Positions 1 through 9,338 of a DNA stretch of 64,000 nucleotides are shown here, piece after piece. The position numbers and the translations under genes are program-made. Position 1 is the first letter of the stretch. Every line of letters starts with the position of its first letter. Source of the stretch: Candidatus Bathyarchaeota archaeon (lineage in GTDB: Archaea > Thermoproteota > Bathyarchaeia > Bathyarchaeales > Bathycorpusculaceae); the NCBI GenBank assembly GCA_963828195.1, contig CAWHDT010000002.1:1-64000 (forward strand). The letters run 5' to 3'. The notes under the pieces are model-generated. The model searched no databases and had not been told where the DNA came from. It worked only from the letters and a program-made list of their open reading frames with translations.

Positions 1-83
1 TTTAAGTTGGGGGGTTAGCGACTTCTCTCGCCGCCCACGGAAACGATATATCTAATAAACCTCTATTCTACAAATGTTTGAAT

Positions 84-626
84 ATGAACACAAATATTCA
101 AGAAGCTAAAGAGCATTATTACAGGTTCAAAGGCCTAATTTACAGTCGTAAGTTCCACCGTGTAGGTGCAGGTCTGTCAGTTAACGGCAAACTGAAAATC
201 CACGGTTCAGGAAAGATAATCGCGGGACGCAACTTAAACTTAAGATCCGTAGTGTCCCCAATAGAGTTGTATGCGGACAGACACGCCTCAATAATAATCG
301 GCGACAATGTATTAATAAATGAAGGAATCATCTCAGCTCAAAACCTAATTGAAATCGGTGATGAATCAATAATCGCCGGAGCAATTATTTACGACCCTGA
401 TTGGCATGGAATAGACAATTGCCCAACGAAAACCGCGCCAGTACACATAGGGAAACACGTTTGGATCGGAAGCCGAGCCATAATATTAAAAGGAGTTGCA
501 GTTGGTGATAACGCAGTAATAGGTGCTGGCGCAGTTGTCACCAAAGATGTTGAAGCCAACACTATAGTTGTGGGAAACCCCGCAGTACCCGTACGTAAAA
601 CAAGCGGTTACACTAATGAACATTGA
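84..626 (+). CDS. Hexapeptide-repeat (left-handed beta-helix) acyltransferase, maltose/galactoside O-acetyltransferase-like
   Basis: PVHIGKHVWIGSRAIILKGVAVGDNAVIGAGAVVTKDV...VVGNPA hexapeptide signature. Confidence 0.85.
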   Translation: MNTNIQEAKEHYYRFKGLIYSRKFHRVGAGLSVNGKLKIHGSGKIIAGRNLNLRSVVSPIELYADRHASIIIGDNVLINEGIISAQNLIEIGDESIIAGAIIYDPDWHGIDNCPTKTAPVHIGKHVWIGSRAIILKGVAVGDNAVIGAGAVVTKDVEANTIVVGNPAVPVRKTSGYTNEH

Positions 627-802
627 TGCAAGCGTTTATATTGTGAGTGCCTGGCTCATCAATTGGGTTTAAATAAAGACATCATAGGATGAAGAATTTT
701 TGGTGTATGAGGAAGAAAAGCATCTACGAACGACTTTCGTGTGAAGCTAAGCCAAGTCTTTCTTCGACTTCTTGATCTAAAATTCCTTCAAGTTTATTTG
801 TT

Positions 803-1330
803 TCAGCCAAGTGGATTGGTTTGTTGATTCACATTCTTAACAAGCTTTTGACCACATTTAGAGCAGAAATTATTTTCATACGGATTTTCCGCACCACAAA
901 AATAACAATAAATCTTTGGCGGGTTTGGCTGTGGAATAGTTTGCGCATTTGATGTTTGAGGATTTGCCGTTCCGAAAAATACGTTTTTTTGAGGCGTGGG
1001 ATTTTTGGGATTACTAACATGCAAACCATATGCTACTGAAACAATTCCTATTGACAATAAAACGGGGAAAGCAACTGTCAAACCGAAATAATCGGGGATA
1101 AACTTCCAACCTGAGTTTGCAGACGGAAATACTCCACTTACCCAAAGAATCCAAGATACTCCAATAAAAGCACAATAAATAGCTTCAAGTACACCAAATG
1201 CAACTAACCAAGCTCCCGATAAAATGCGATATTTCTGATTCCTTGACCTAATAACGGCAATTATTAAGATAACAAATGCTCCAAAGATAATCAACAAGTC
1301 GTCAAGCACTATTATTGTCATTTTAGCCAC
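803..1330 (-). CDS. Membrane protein with C-terminal zinc-ribbon domain
   Basis: Three hydrophobic segments, then CYFCG...CSKCG. Confidence 0.7.
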   Translation of the reverse strand: MAKMTIIVLDDLLIIFGAFVILIIAVIRSRNQKYRILSGAWLVAFGVLEAIYCAFIGVSWILWVSGVFPSANSGWKFIPDYFGLTVAFPVLLSIGIVSVAYGLHVSNPKNPTPQKNVFFGTANPQTSNAQTIPQPNPPKIYCYFCGAENPYENNFCSKCGQKLVKNVNQQTNPLG

Positions 1331-1427
1331 TTTGACAGGTTTAATCTTACTTTAAAATCAATTTAGTTTTAAGTTTTGTGCATGGCACGATAAAAAAATT
1401 TGCTGGATTAAAAATTAATGGGTACTT

Positions 1428-1796
1428 TTAGGGTTTGAGTGATTTTCCGCAAAGTGGGCAAAATTCAAAATTTCCTTGCGGCAATTCTTTTCCACAATGA
1501 GGACACTTGGGGATTGTAAAAGCTATTTTTCCAAGTTCGTTTGTCCATCTAATTTTTTCAATTTCACTTTTGCTTCCTAAAGAAAAACCGATTATTGCCG
1601 CTATCACTCCAACAGTTCCAACAATAAGAAACCCAGAACCGCCACCAAACGAGCCATTAACATAAGAAATGAATCCGAAAGAAGCGAGTACAAGTCCAAC
1701 AATCCCCAAAATGAAATTGCTTTTTGATTGACCTTTTGCGTCTTTAATTTTCTCTTGCAGATAAGACACTTTTGCCTGTTCAGACAAACTTATCAC
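1428..1796 (-). CDS. Two-TM membrane protein with C-terminal zinc ribbon
   Basis: Two TM helices; CPHCG...CPLCG. Confidence 0.7.
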   Translation of the reverse strand: MISLSEQAKVSYLQEKIKDAKGQSKSNFILGIVGLVLASFGFISYVNGSFGGGSGFLIVGTVGVIAAIIGFSLGSKSEIEKIRWTNELGKIAFTIPKCPHCGKELPQGNFEFCPLCGKSLKP

Positions 1797-1902
1797 TTTA
1801 GTTATAACTTATCAGCACTTTGTAGCTTTAAGTTTTTTCATCGTATGTTTAGTGTAGCAAAGTGTATTTTACGCGACAGAATGTTATTTAGTTTGTTCGT
1901 TT

Positions 1903-2223
1903 ATGATTAAATCGATGAATAAAATAGTTTCAAACAATAATAAGAAAACATGTATTGAATGTGCCTATCTTGAGCGCAGCTTTGACGGTGCCAGTGTTAA
2001 TAGGGGCAATATGTGGACTTGTTTGTCGGATAATTCTTCATTACAAAATGATGATTTAAAGATTATGATATGCAATGGGTTCTCAAAGAAAAAAGAAGGC
2101 ATGAGCCTCCAGCAGCTTAAAGAGATTGATGATAAAAGATTGAGTAATCGACTTAAAAAACACTGGAAATTTACTGTAGAATTAAGTACCCTTATTGGCG
2201 CTGTGCGGTTATCGCTGGAATAA
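1903..2223 (+). CDS. Hypothetical Cys-containing protein
   Basis: 106-aa ORF with CIEC...C...C; AT-rich region; no recognised family. Confidence 0.35.
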   Translation: MIKSMNKIVSNNNKKTCIECAYLERSFDGASVNRGNMWTCLSDNSSLQNDDLKIMICNGFSKKKEGMSLQQLKEIDDKRLSNRLKKHWKFTVELSTLIGAVRLSLE

Positions 2224-2252
2224 CGCTTATGTCATCGCTTGCCTTTTTGGCT

Positions 2253-2720
2253 TTATTTTAAAGTCGGTTGAATTAAGACCACTTGAACTGCAAGTTTTCC
2301 CTCAAGATAGGGTTGCATAAACCCCATACTATTTTGTATGTATTCGTACCCTTTCATTGAACGACTATTGTATTTTCTGCAAAAAATGACTAATTTCGAA
2401 GCTCGAACAATCAATGCCTTCCAGACATCCTTCCAAATTTCGTTTCCATCGCTAAGCGATATTTCGTATGCTGTTTTTTCAATATTGTTCCAAAGGTCAA
2501 TTTCCATTTGAGAATCCCCGATTTTCTTTGGTGATAAATTGAATCTCTGTTTTGCCTCTGGTGTAACTAAGTCATGTATATATTTTGACGTCACATTTTT
2601 CTTGTCTTTGTATTCAGTTGCACCTAAATAAGGGTCGTTAGTTATTACAAAAAACTCTGATAACCTTTTGGTAATGTAGTTAATAGCCTCATCTTGACTT
2701 TGCACTTTCAACCTAATCAC
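2253..2720 (-). CDS. Hypothetical protein, possible PD-(D/E)xK nuclease fold
   Basis: EIDLW...AYEIS...EIWKDVWKA pattern resembles restriction-endonuclease-like active-site spacing. Confidence 0.4.
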   Translation of the reverse strand: MIRLKVQSQDEAINYITKRLSEFFVITNDPYLGATEYKDKKNVTSKYIHDLVTPEAKQRFNLSPKKIGDSQMEIDLWNNIEKTAYEISLSDGNEIWKDVWKALIVRASKLVIFCRKYNSRSMKGYEYIQNSMGFMQPYLEGKLAVQVVLIQPTLK

Positions 2721-2971
2721 CGAATTAAGTGCAAAGACTATCCCAGCACTGGTTTAATATCTTCTTCGTAAAATTATCGAATTTAATTGGCAGGGGGGTC
2801 ATGGCGACGACTAACGCATGTTGGTCTACTACACTTTTGGACATGCCCGACAAGCTCCGAAAGCTCTAAACTCTGCCAGAGTTAATCTCACTGCCACAAA
2901 AGACCCACTGAAAAACTTTAGGTTTTTTAAATTTATTCAGAAATCCAGTGGAAACAGACACGTCCCGTTTC

Positions 2972-3160
2972 TTAGATTGCCTCATGTTCTTTGTTAAAGT
3001 TCTTTATCAATTCGTTTATTTCCTTTGCCGATTGAGCTTTAAGCTTATTTTTGCATCTAACCGCAACGAAATTCCCTTCGGCATCGACGGTAATTTTAAA
3101 GCCGTCAGTATAGCTGGTATTTACGCAAGATTCTTTTTTAGTCATGCTTTCATCATCCAC
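2972..3160 (-). CDS. Small hypothetical protein
   Basis: 62-aa ORF with SD-like GGGTGA upstream and natural composition. Confidence 0.35.
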   Translation of the reverse strand: MDDESMTKKESCVNTSYTDGFKITVDAEGNFVAVRCKNKLKAQSAKEINELIKNFNKEHEAI

Positions 3161-3367
3161 TCACCCTAATATTATGCTTCAATCACTATTAGAATTCAGT
3201 TAAAAAATTGTTATGTCTCTTCTGTTTTCAGTATTGAATTCGAGCAGAAACTACGCCTGCAGCATCATGTTTTTCTCGGGAAAAAATTAAGGCGGCAAAC
3301 GAGAAAAGGTGTTTTGGTTTGCGATAAGAATTTTAAGGCTTGGCAAAGTTTAGTGTTAGGAAAGCTG

Positions 3368-4096
3368 ATGCCGATTAAAGCAGTTTTATTTGACATGTTC
3401 GATACCCTGATGATGATTAGGAAAAACCACGAGTTTTACAGCCCCTCATTACTGAGAATGTACAAGTACCTGAACAGAAACGGCGTAGACGTCTCCTTTG
3501 ACACATTCCAAAAAGCCTACATCAAAACCCGCGATGAACTCTACGATAAAGCCGACGAAAACTTGGAGGAGCCGCACTTCAACGTTCGGGTTTCTGAAAC
3601 CTTGAAAAGCCTGGGCTACAACCATGAGGTTTCCAGCCCAATCGTGGCTGCTGCATCAACAGAGTTTTGCGATGAATTCATGACTTTTGTCTATTTAGAC
3701 GAGAACACCGAGCAACTCCTGCGAACACTACATGGGAAATATAAGCTGGGCATAATTTCTAATTTTGCAATTCCCGAATGTGTGTATGAACTGCTCAAAA
3801 TCAATGATTTAGATAGACTGTTGGATGCCGTTGTGGTTTCAGGCGCAGTGAATAAGCGCAAGCCAAGCCCAGAAATCTTTGGACACGCTTTGAAAGTGCT
3901 TGGTGTTTCTGCGTCTGAAACAGTTTTTGTCGGCGACACTTTAGACGCAGACATTGAGGGCGCGAAAGGGGCGGGTATGAAAGCTGTATATCTTCAAAGA
4001 CGTATCGAGAAAAATATGCAGGTTCAGCCAGATCAAATCATCAAGAGTCTTAGCGAACTGCCCGCGGCGCTTGAACGTTTCCAGGTTAAGGCTTAG
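3368..4096 (+). CDS. HAD-superfamily hydrolase
   Basis: FDMFDTL motif I, ISN motif II, KP...VGD..DADI motifs III/IV; start reassigned to ATG 3368. Confidence 0.9.
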   Translation: MPIKAVLFDMFDTLMMIRKNHEFYSPSLLRMYKYLNRNGVDVSFDTFQKAYIKTRDELYDKADENLEEPHFNVRVSETLKSLGYNHEVSSPIVAAASTEFCDEFMTFVYLDENTEQLLRTLHGKYKLGIISNFAIPECVYELLKINDLDRLLDAVVVSGAVNKRKPSPEIFGHALKVLGVSASETVFVGDTLDADIEGAKGAGMKAVYLQRRIEKNMQVQPDQIIKSLSELPAALERFQVKA

Positions 4097-4442
4097 ATTT
4101 TAAGCGTTTTTTTCTTGAAACCTCGACTTTCGGAGCTCTGATTTCCGTTTTTAAGAGTTGAAGTAGCTCACCATACGTTTGAAGAAAACTGGAGCCTTTC
4201 AGGGTGATGCTGTAAACTGCTCTGCCTTCACTTTTTTTGCGTGCTATTAAATTGTTTAATAACAGGAATTGGAGGTATTCGTTGAGTTGGGTGAAACTTA
4301 AGTTTGCTCTGTACATTATCTGAGTTTTCAATGTGCCCTCTTGAGCAATTTCAAGAATCTGCGCCATTATACTTATGGTATCTCTTCTTTTGGATTTAGC
4401 GCTCAATATTTTGCTCGCCTTCCCCCCGATTATATTTACCAA
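4086..4442 (-). CDS. Winged-helix transcriptional regulator (archaeal HTH_45-like)
   Basis: RRD..I...IL....G..KTQIMYRANLSF.QLN.YL...Y.IT.KG pattern. Confidence 0.85.
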   Translation of the reverse strand: MVNIIGGKASKILSAKSKRRDTISIMAQILEIAQEGTLKTQIMYRANLSFTQLNEYLQFLLLNNLIARKKSEGRAVYSITLKGSSFLQTYGELLQLLKTEIRAPKVEVSRKKRLKSKP

Positions 4443-4554
4443 TTGACATTTAAGTTTTTAATTTCCCACCGCTCTGCTTGTCCCGCTTGCAAAGATAGAG
4501 GGGCACAGAAAACCTTTATTGCCTGAGCGAGAAAACAACATAGAGGAAAGCAAC

Positions 4555-5052
4555 ATGCTGATAGGAGCAATTTCAGATACCCATGATAATTTGCCTCAAA
4601 TAGAAAAAGCCGTGAAATATCTAAATGACCAAAAAGCCGACATGGTGCTTCACGCAGGAGACTACGTTGCAGGCTTCGTTATCCCAAAATTCAAACAACT
4701 AAACTGCAACCTAATCGGTGTCTTCGGCAACAACGATGGAGACCATGAGCTCCTCAAAAAAAGGTTCAGCGAAACCGCCAACTGCACAATCCACGGCAGA
4801 TTCACCGTAGTAACTGCGGATAGCTTCAGAATTGCCCTGCTGCACGGCGAAGAAACCGAATTGCTTAACGCTTTAGTTAACAGCGGGTATTTTGACGCTG
4901 TAATTCACGGGCACAGCCATAACCCAAGCGTCGAAAAAATGGGAAAAACTCTTTCCATAAACCCTGGAGAACTCTGCGGGTACCTGACGGGAAAATCAAC
5001 ATTAGCCTTGCTAGATACAGTTAAGTGTTCAGCAAAAATTATCGAGTTCTAA
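4555..5052 (+). CDS. YfcE/MJ0936-family metallophosphoesterase
   Basis: ISDTH, HAGD, GNND, HG, GHSH and NPG motifs. Confidence 0.92.
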   Translation: MLIGAISDTHDNLPQIEKAVKYLNDQKADMVLHAGDYVAGFVIPKFKQLNCNLIGVFGNNDGDHELLKKRFSETANCTIHGRFTVVTADSFRIALLHGEETELLNALVNSGYFDAVIHGHSHNPSVEKMGKTLSINPGELCGYLTGKSTLALLDTVKCSAKIIEF

Positions 5053-5076
5053 GTCCCGCACCATCTTTCTTTCCTA

Positions 5077-6009
5077 TTAAACACCCTTGTTATAAGGTTC
5101 TCTTAGCAAGTTAGCCTGCATAAATAGTTGTTTTAGTTTTTCGTCGCTTGCTCCCTCGCGCATAGGTGTCAGGATGTCGGTTAGGTTGTCGTTTCTCATC
5201 AGGCAGGGTTTTAGTTTGCCGTCGCTTGTGACGCGCATCCTTGTGCAGTGCATGCAGAAGTCGGTGTTCTCTATCGGATGCACCACTTCAACTGTCACGT
5301 TTGGCAGGTGGTAGATGAGGCGGTTATGCATGAAGGGGCGTTTCTCAACGGTTTCGGCTTTGTCCCGCAGCAGTTTTTCTTGGTCATCTAAGCTTTTGTA
5401 GTATGTTGAATAATACTTGTCGGTGACGTTAATGGGGTCAAGCTCTATGAGCTGCAGTACAGTGCCAGTTTGCCTTGCGTACTCTATCATGTCGGGGACA
5501 TCGCCGACGTTCATGTCTTTCAATAAGACCATGTTCAGCTTAACTGGGCAGAAACCAGCTTCAATTGCCGCTTTAACTCCTGCCAGCGCCTGTTGCAGGT
5601 TCCCACCTGTCAGCCTGCGGTAAGTTTCCCCGTTCAAAGAGGGCAAACTAATGTTAACGCGCTTCAACCCCCGCCTACGTAGCTCGACAGCCATGCCGTC
5701 AAGCAGAAGACCGTTGGTTGTTAAAGACATATCCTTTAAACCAGGCAATGCGGTTATTCCTGAAACAATTTCGGGAAGATCCTTGCGCATCAGCGGTTCC
5801 CCACCCGTCAATTTTACACGTGCAATGCCAAGGTCCACGGCGATTTTTGCTATATGCACGATTTCTTCCACGGTCATTTTTTCGGCGGAGCGGTTGGCAC
5901 GTTTGACTTCGCCTTCTCGGTGGCAGTATAAGCAGCGGTTGTTGCATCGCTGGGTAATCGATATTCGCAGGTTAAGTAGGGGTCTGCCGCAGTTGTCGGT
6001 TAAACTCAT
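5077..6009 (-). CDS. moaA: GTP 3',8-cyclase (molybdopterin biosynthesis radical SAM)
   Basis: CNNRCLYC, TGGEP, C-terminal FCMHCTRMRVTSDGKLKPCL; next to moaB and moaC. Confidence 0.95.
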   Translation of the reverse strand: MSLTDNCGRPLLNLRISITQRCNNRCLYCHREGEVKRANRSAEKMTVEEIVHIAKIAVDLGIARVKLTGGEPLMRKDLPEIVSGITALPGLKDMSLTTNGLLLDGMAVELRRRGLKRVNISLPSLNGETYRRLTGGNLQQALAGVKAAIEAGFCPVKLNMVLLKDMNVGDVPDMIEYARQTGTVLQLIELDPINVTDKYYSTYYKSLDDQEKLLRDKAETVEKRPFMHNRLIYHLPNVTVEVVHPIENTDFCMHCTRMRVTSDGKLKPCLMRNDNLTDILTPMREGASDEKLKQLFMQANLLREPYNKGV

Positions 6010-6012
6010 TCG

Positions 6013-6546
6013 TTATTCCCGTGCATGCTTAACGATGTGTGGAGATTCGGGCAAAATAAGCATTTCTACAGCAACATGCACTGCGTCAGGGGAACCTGGG
6101 ATACAAAACAATGCTTTGCCCTTAGCGACGCCAGCTACTGCACGCGACAACACAGAGGCGGAGCCAACATGGTCATAGCTTATTCGCCTGAAAAACTCGC
6201 CGAAGCCAGGCAGAGTCTTCTCAAAAAACGGCGAAACCGTTTCAATCGTAACATCTGCGTGCGTGATTCCTGTACCTCCTGAGAAGATGAGGACATCCAA
6301 GTCGGGCAAGTTTATGGCGTGTTGAACTGCATCAGAAATCATCGCTTTATCGTCTGCAATTATTTTTTTGAAAAGGACGTTTTGCCCAGCTTTTTTCAGC
6401 AACTCAACCATTGAGTCGCCGCCTAAGTCGCTGACTGTTGCTTCGCCTTTTTCGAGAAGCCTGTACCTTGAAGTACTGCAGATGTAAATGCCAAAAGACA
6501 ACGTTTTGGCGGCTTTAGCTTTATGTCCCTGAGAGCTTAAACTCAT
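6013..6546 (-). CDS. moaB: Molybdopterin adenylyltransferase MoaB/MogA family
   Basis: SGGTG, D.T.E, LPGFGE.FR, SRA.AG, PGS motifs. Confidence 0.92.
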   Translation of the reverse strand: MSLSSQGHKAKAAKTLSFGIYICSTSRYRLLEKGEATVSDLGGDSMVELLKKAGQNVLFKKIIADDKAMISDAVQHAINLPDLDVLIFSGGTGITHADVTIETVSPFFEKTLPGFGEFFRRISYDHVGSASVLSRAVAGVAKGKALFCIPGSPDAVHVAVEMLILPESPHIVKHARE

Positions 6547-6989
6547 GCCAAACTCACCTTCTTAAGTTTGCGCACGACATGAATATTCTCAATCGCCGTG
6601 GAAGGATACTGACCCGCAGCGTCCTTCTCGTACTGTTTTGTCATGTCCCAAACAGTCAACAAACCCACCGAAACCGCAGTAAGCGCCTCCATCTCCACCC
6701 CTGTCTGCGCCTTTGTCCTAACGATCGCTGAAACCTCAACTTCGCCTTCACGTAGCACTTTCACGTCAACCTGCACGTTTGTCAAAGGCAGCGGGTGGCA
6801 CAGCGGAATAAGATTGCTTGTTTTCTTGGCGGCCATTACGCCAGCGATTTTTGCGGTGTAGAGCGGGTCGCCTTTCGCGATTTTCCCCGACTTGATTAAA
6901 CTAATTGTCTCCGGCTTCAACTTTATGGTTCCGGACGCGGTTGCTTCCCGAAAAATTTCATCTTTGCCTGATACATCAACCATTGTCAA
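6543..6989 (-). CDS. moaC: Cyclic pyranopterin monophosphate synthase
   Basis: MVDVSGK, LIPLCHP, TGVEMEAL, WDM.K. Confidence 0.96.
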   Translation of the reverse strand: MTMVDVSGKDEIFREATASGTIKLKPETISLIKSGKIAKGDPLYTAKIAGVMAAKKTSNLIPLCHPLPLTNVQVDVKVLREGEVEVSAIVRTKAQTGVEMEALTAVSVGLLTVWDMTKQYEKDAAGQYPSTAIENIHVVRKLKKVSLA

Positions 6990-7030
6990 AGTTTTTTCCT
7001 CTGGAATTGTTACGTTTTTTCAATAATGTC

Positions 7031-7255
7031 CTATTGGGAAAAAGAGGCTTTTATGGGTAATTCAACTTCTTTTGCTTTCTTTGGCCTCTTTGTAACGTTG
7101 AGAATCGCAAATCCCATTATGTTTCCTTTAGTGTCTACTCTTAGAAAAACGTCGTCGCCAGCATCTTTGAAGAAGCCTTTACGCGGCTTTCCCAACTCTA
7201 CCTCTAGTAAGTCTCCTTCAGGGTCAAACCAAACCCTCACTGGTTCTTTTTCCAT
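7031..7255 (-). CDS. DUF2283-family protein (putative antitoxin)
   Basis: WFDPEGDLLEV...G.I.GF.ILN pattern; overlaps the upstream toxin-like gene. Confidence 0.8.
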   Translation of the reverse strand: MEKEPVRVWFDPEGDLLEVELGKPRKGFFKDAGDDVFLRVDTKGNIMGFAILNVTKRPKKAKEVELPIKASFSQ

Positions 7256-7551
7256 ATTAAATCGCCCTTCTTTATTTTATCAGTAAAGAAGGCCGTCACT
7301 ATAAAACCTTCTCCGTTCAAAATCTGCACAGCCACCAACATAAACTTCTGCGTTACTGGAGTCTTAGCGTAAAGCTTGTAAAACAACCAAACTTCAGCGG
7401 CGCGTATGCTCCGTCGGACTTCATCAGGGTCCACTAAAGTTTCCTTCACCCTGTAACGTTGTTTCCTCATTTCGGGATGACTCAGCACATGCGCCCATCT
7501 ATCTCTGTCTAATCGAACTGCCTTTCCAAGTTTGCAGACTACTTTCGGCAA
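7237..7551 (-). CDS. Putative RelE/BrnT-like (BECR-fold) RNase toxin
   Basis: RWAHVLSHPEM...TL.DPD.VRRS...FYK.Y...GFIVTAF; paired with DUF2283. Confidence 0.65.
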   Translation of the reverse strand: MPKVVCKLGKAVRLDRDRWAHVLSHPEMRKQRYRVKETLVDPDEVRRSIRAAEVWLFYKLYAKTPVTQKFMLVAVQILNGEGFIVTAFFTDKIKKGDLIWKKNQ

Positions 7552-7682
7552 GTCAAATCCTCGAAATTTTATTTTGTGCTTGCATGTTTGTCTGGATTTA
7601 GTATGTCAATTTAGATAATAAACTTGCGATTAACCCGTTTATGAACAAATTTCTGTTTTTCTTTGTAAACGTTCGCGCAATT

Positions 7683-7949
7683 TTATCGGCATTGTTCCCA
7701 CGCGTCTATCAGGTTTTGCACTGCTTTAGCTTTTGCTGAGTCCTCGTTGAACCTGTACATGTGAACTCTACCGTAAACGTGTTCGTGCAAAATGCCTTCT
7801 GCCGCCAGAATTTTCAGGTTCTCAGACGTCAACGTGAAGTTACTGTTGGCTCGACGAGCAATATCTGACGTGTTAAGGGAGCCTAGCTGGTAGATGAGCT
7901 TTAAAATTCTGATTCGAAGCTTTGATGAAAAAACTTCTTCTAACTCCAT
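7683..7949 (-). CDS. Small winged-helix protein (ArsR-like) downstream of cdc6
   Basis: VFSSK.RI.ILKL....SLN.SDIARR...L..L...GIL....GR...YR. Confidence 0.8.
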   Translation of the reverse strand: MELEEVFSSKLRIRILKLIYQLGSLNTSDIARRANSNFTLTSENLKILAAEGILHEHVYGRVHMYRFNEDSAKAKAVQNLIDAWEQCR

Positions 7950-7956
7950 ATTCGCG

Positions 7957-9138
7957 TCACTTTTTCTCTTTTTCAACTTCTAAGCTGGAACTTAATTCTT
8001 TCTCTAACTCGCTTGCCGGAATGGAAAGTGAAATCTGCGTTGACCTTCCCCGATTTGAAGATACTTCAACTGTTAAAACGCCCATTGACGAAAGAAACTG
8101 GGCGTAATTCCACAGTTGCGTGTGATTATTCGGTTTCACATCGAACTCTTCGCAAACAACGGCGTAGGTTTTTTCAAGTTCAGATAGCGACGCGTAAGCT
8201 TGCTCGTTGCCCTTAAAGTAACGTGCCGCCGCAAGCAGGAACAATTTTTGGTGCAGCCCTAGCCCAGACAGCTCACTGCGGCGTATGCTGGGAACTATAC
8301 TGGACGCTGCCATGCGGACGCATTCAGGCTCGACTCTGCCTGCATCTTGAGCGTCTGCATATTTCCCAGCCCGCCACAACAATTCAATTCCGAAACGGGC
8401 GTTCCCAGGTTCCTTAAAAGCCAACTCAGAAATCAAGTCAACAACATCTTCCTCCACGGCTCCCAACTCAAACGCCATGGAAACACGGTCATTTAAGATG
8501 TCTGCAAGCTGCTCTTTCCCGTAACGTTCCAAGCTGATAATGCTGCGTTGAAGAGTGCTTCTTGCGCTTGCATCCAGCTTTTCCAAAGAATTCAAGTTGC
8601 GCATAATAAAAATAAAGGATAATCGCTGAGGCTTGCCCTGCCGCATCTCCTGAAGGCGGGTCAGCTTGTAGATAGCGTCTGAACCTTCGTTTTCGACTAG
8701 AGTGTCGAACTCGTCAAGCGCCAGTATCATTGTGGCTTTTTCTTCATCTAAAACCTGCATAAGCGTTGAGAGAATGTTTTCTGCGGAGTAGCCGCGGGCT
8801 GGGTATGTGGGGCGAAAAACGGTGATGGCGTGATGGATAACTGGGAGGAGGCTGCCTCGGTATTCTCTGCAGTTAATGTGGGTGTATCGGAATTTTAGGG
8901 CTTTTTTGTTGGCTTCAGAGGTCATGCTGGCTCCAAAGTGCTGTGCAAGAGCTGTTTTTCCAGTGCCCACATCGCCTGTTATGATTACTCGCTGCGACAT
9001 CCGCTCGGGGCAGCGTAAGATGAAGTTGAAGAACTCCATCAGCAAGCGGTCTTCTTTTTCTCGGTGAGGCAGCTTCTGCGGAACGTAGTTTATGTCAAGC
9101 TTAGCCTCATCCTTGAACACACTTTGACGCGTTGGCAG
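7957..9138 (-). CDS. cdc6: Orc1/Cdc6 replication initiation protein
   Basis: VF.DE.KL...YVP..LPHRE, Walker A GDVGTGKT, INCR, LDEFD, GNARFGIELL, C-terminal wHTH; likely CTG start at 9138 after SD GGTGAGG. Confidence 0.93.
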   Translation of the reverse strand: MPTRQSVFKDEAKLDINYVPQKLPHREKEDRLLMEFFNFILRCPERMSQRVIITGDVGTGKTALAQHFGASMTSEANKKALKFRYTHINCREYRGSLLPVIHHAITVFRPTYPARGYSAENILSTLMQVLDEEKATMILALDEFDTLVENEGSDAIYKLTRLQEMRQGKPQRLSFIFIMRNLNSLEKLDASARSTLQRSIISLERYGKEQLADILNDRVSMAFELGAVEEDVVDLISELAFKEPGNARFGIELLWRAGKYADAQDAGRVEPECVRMAASSIVPSIRRSELSGLGLHQKLFLLAAARYFKGNEQAYASLSELEKTYAVVCEEFDVKPNNHTQLWNYAQFLSSMGVLTVEVSSNRGRSTQISLSIPASELEKELSSSLEVEKEKK

Positions 9139-9338
9139 TTTAATTCCTCACCAGATCAAGTTTTTCTACGCGGATATTACTATGTTTTGAAACATAAAAG
9201 TATAACTTGAAGTAAACTATGGCTAAAACTGTTTTAGTAACTTAGCGATTGTTGTTTCAGTCTGCGACAACAATATTTTATATCTTTAGAATCAGTAACA
9301 TAGTTTGAGAAGGAAGAAGGTTTAACTAAGAGCCAAAT

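Noticed and set aside
690-780. Possible RelE-like toxin remnant (RKKSIYERL)
   Set aside because: Too short to distinguish from chance
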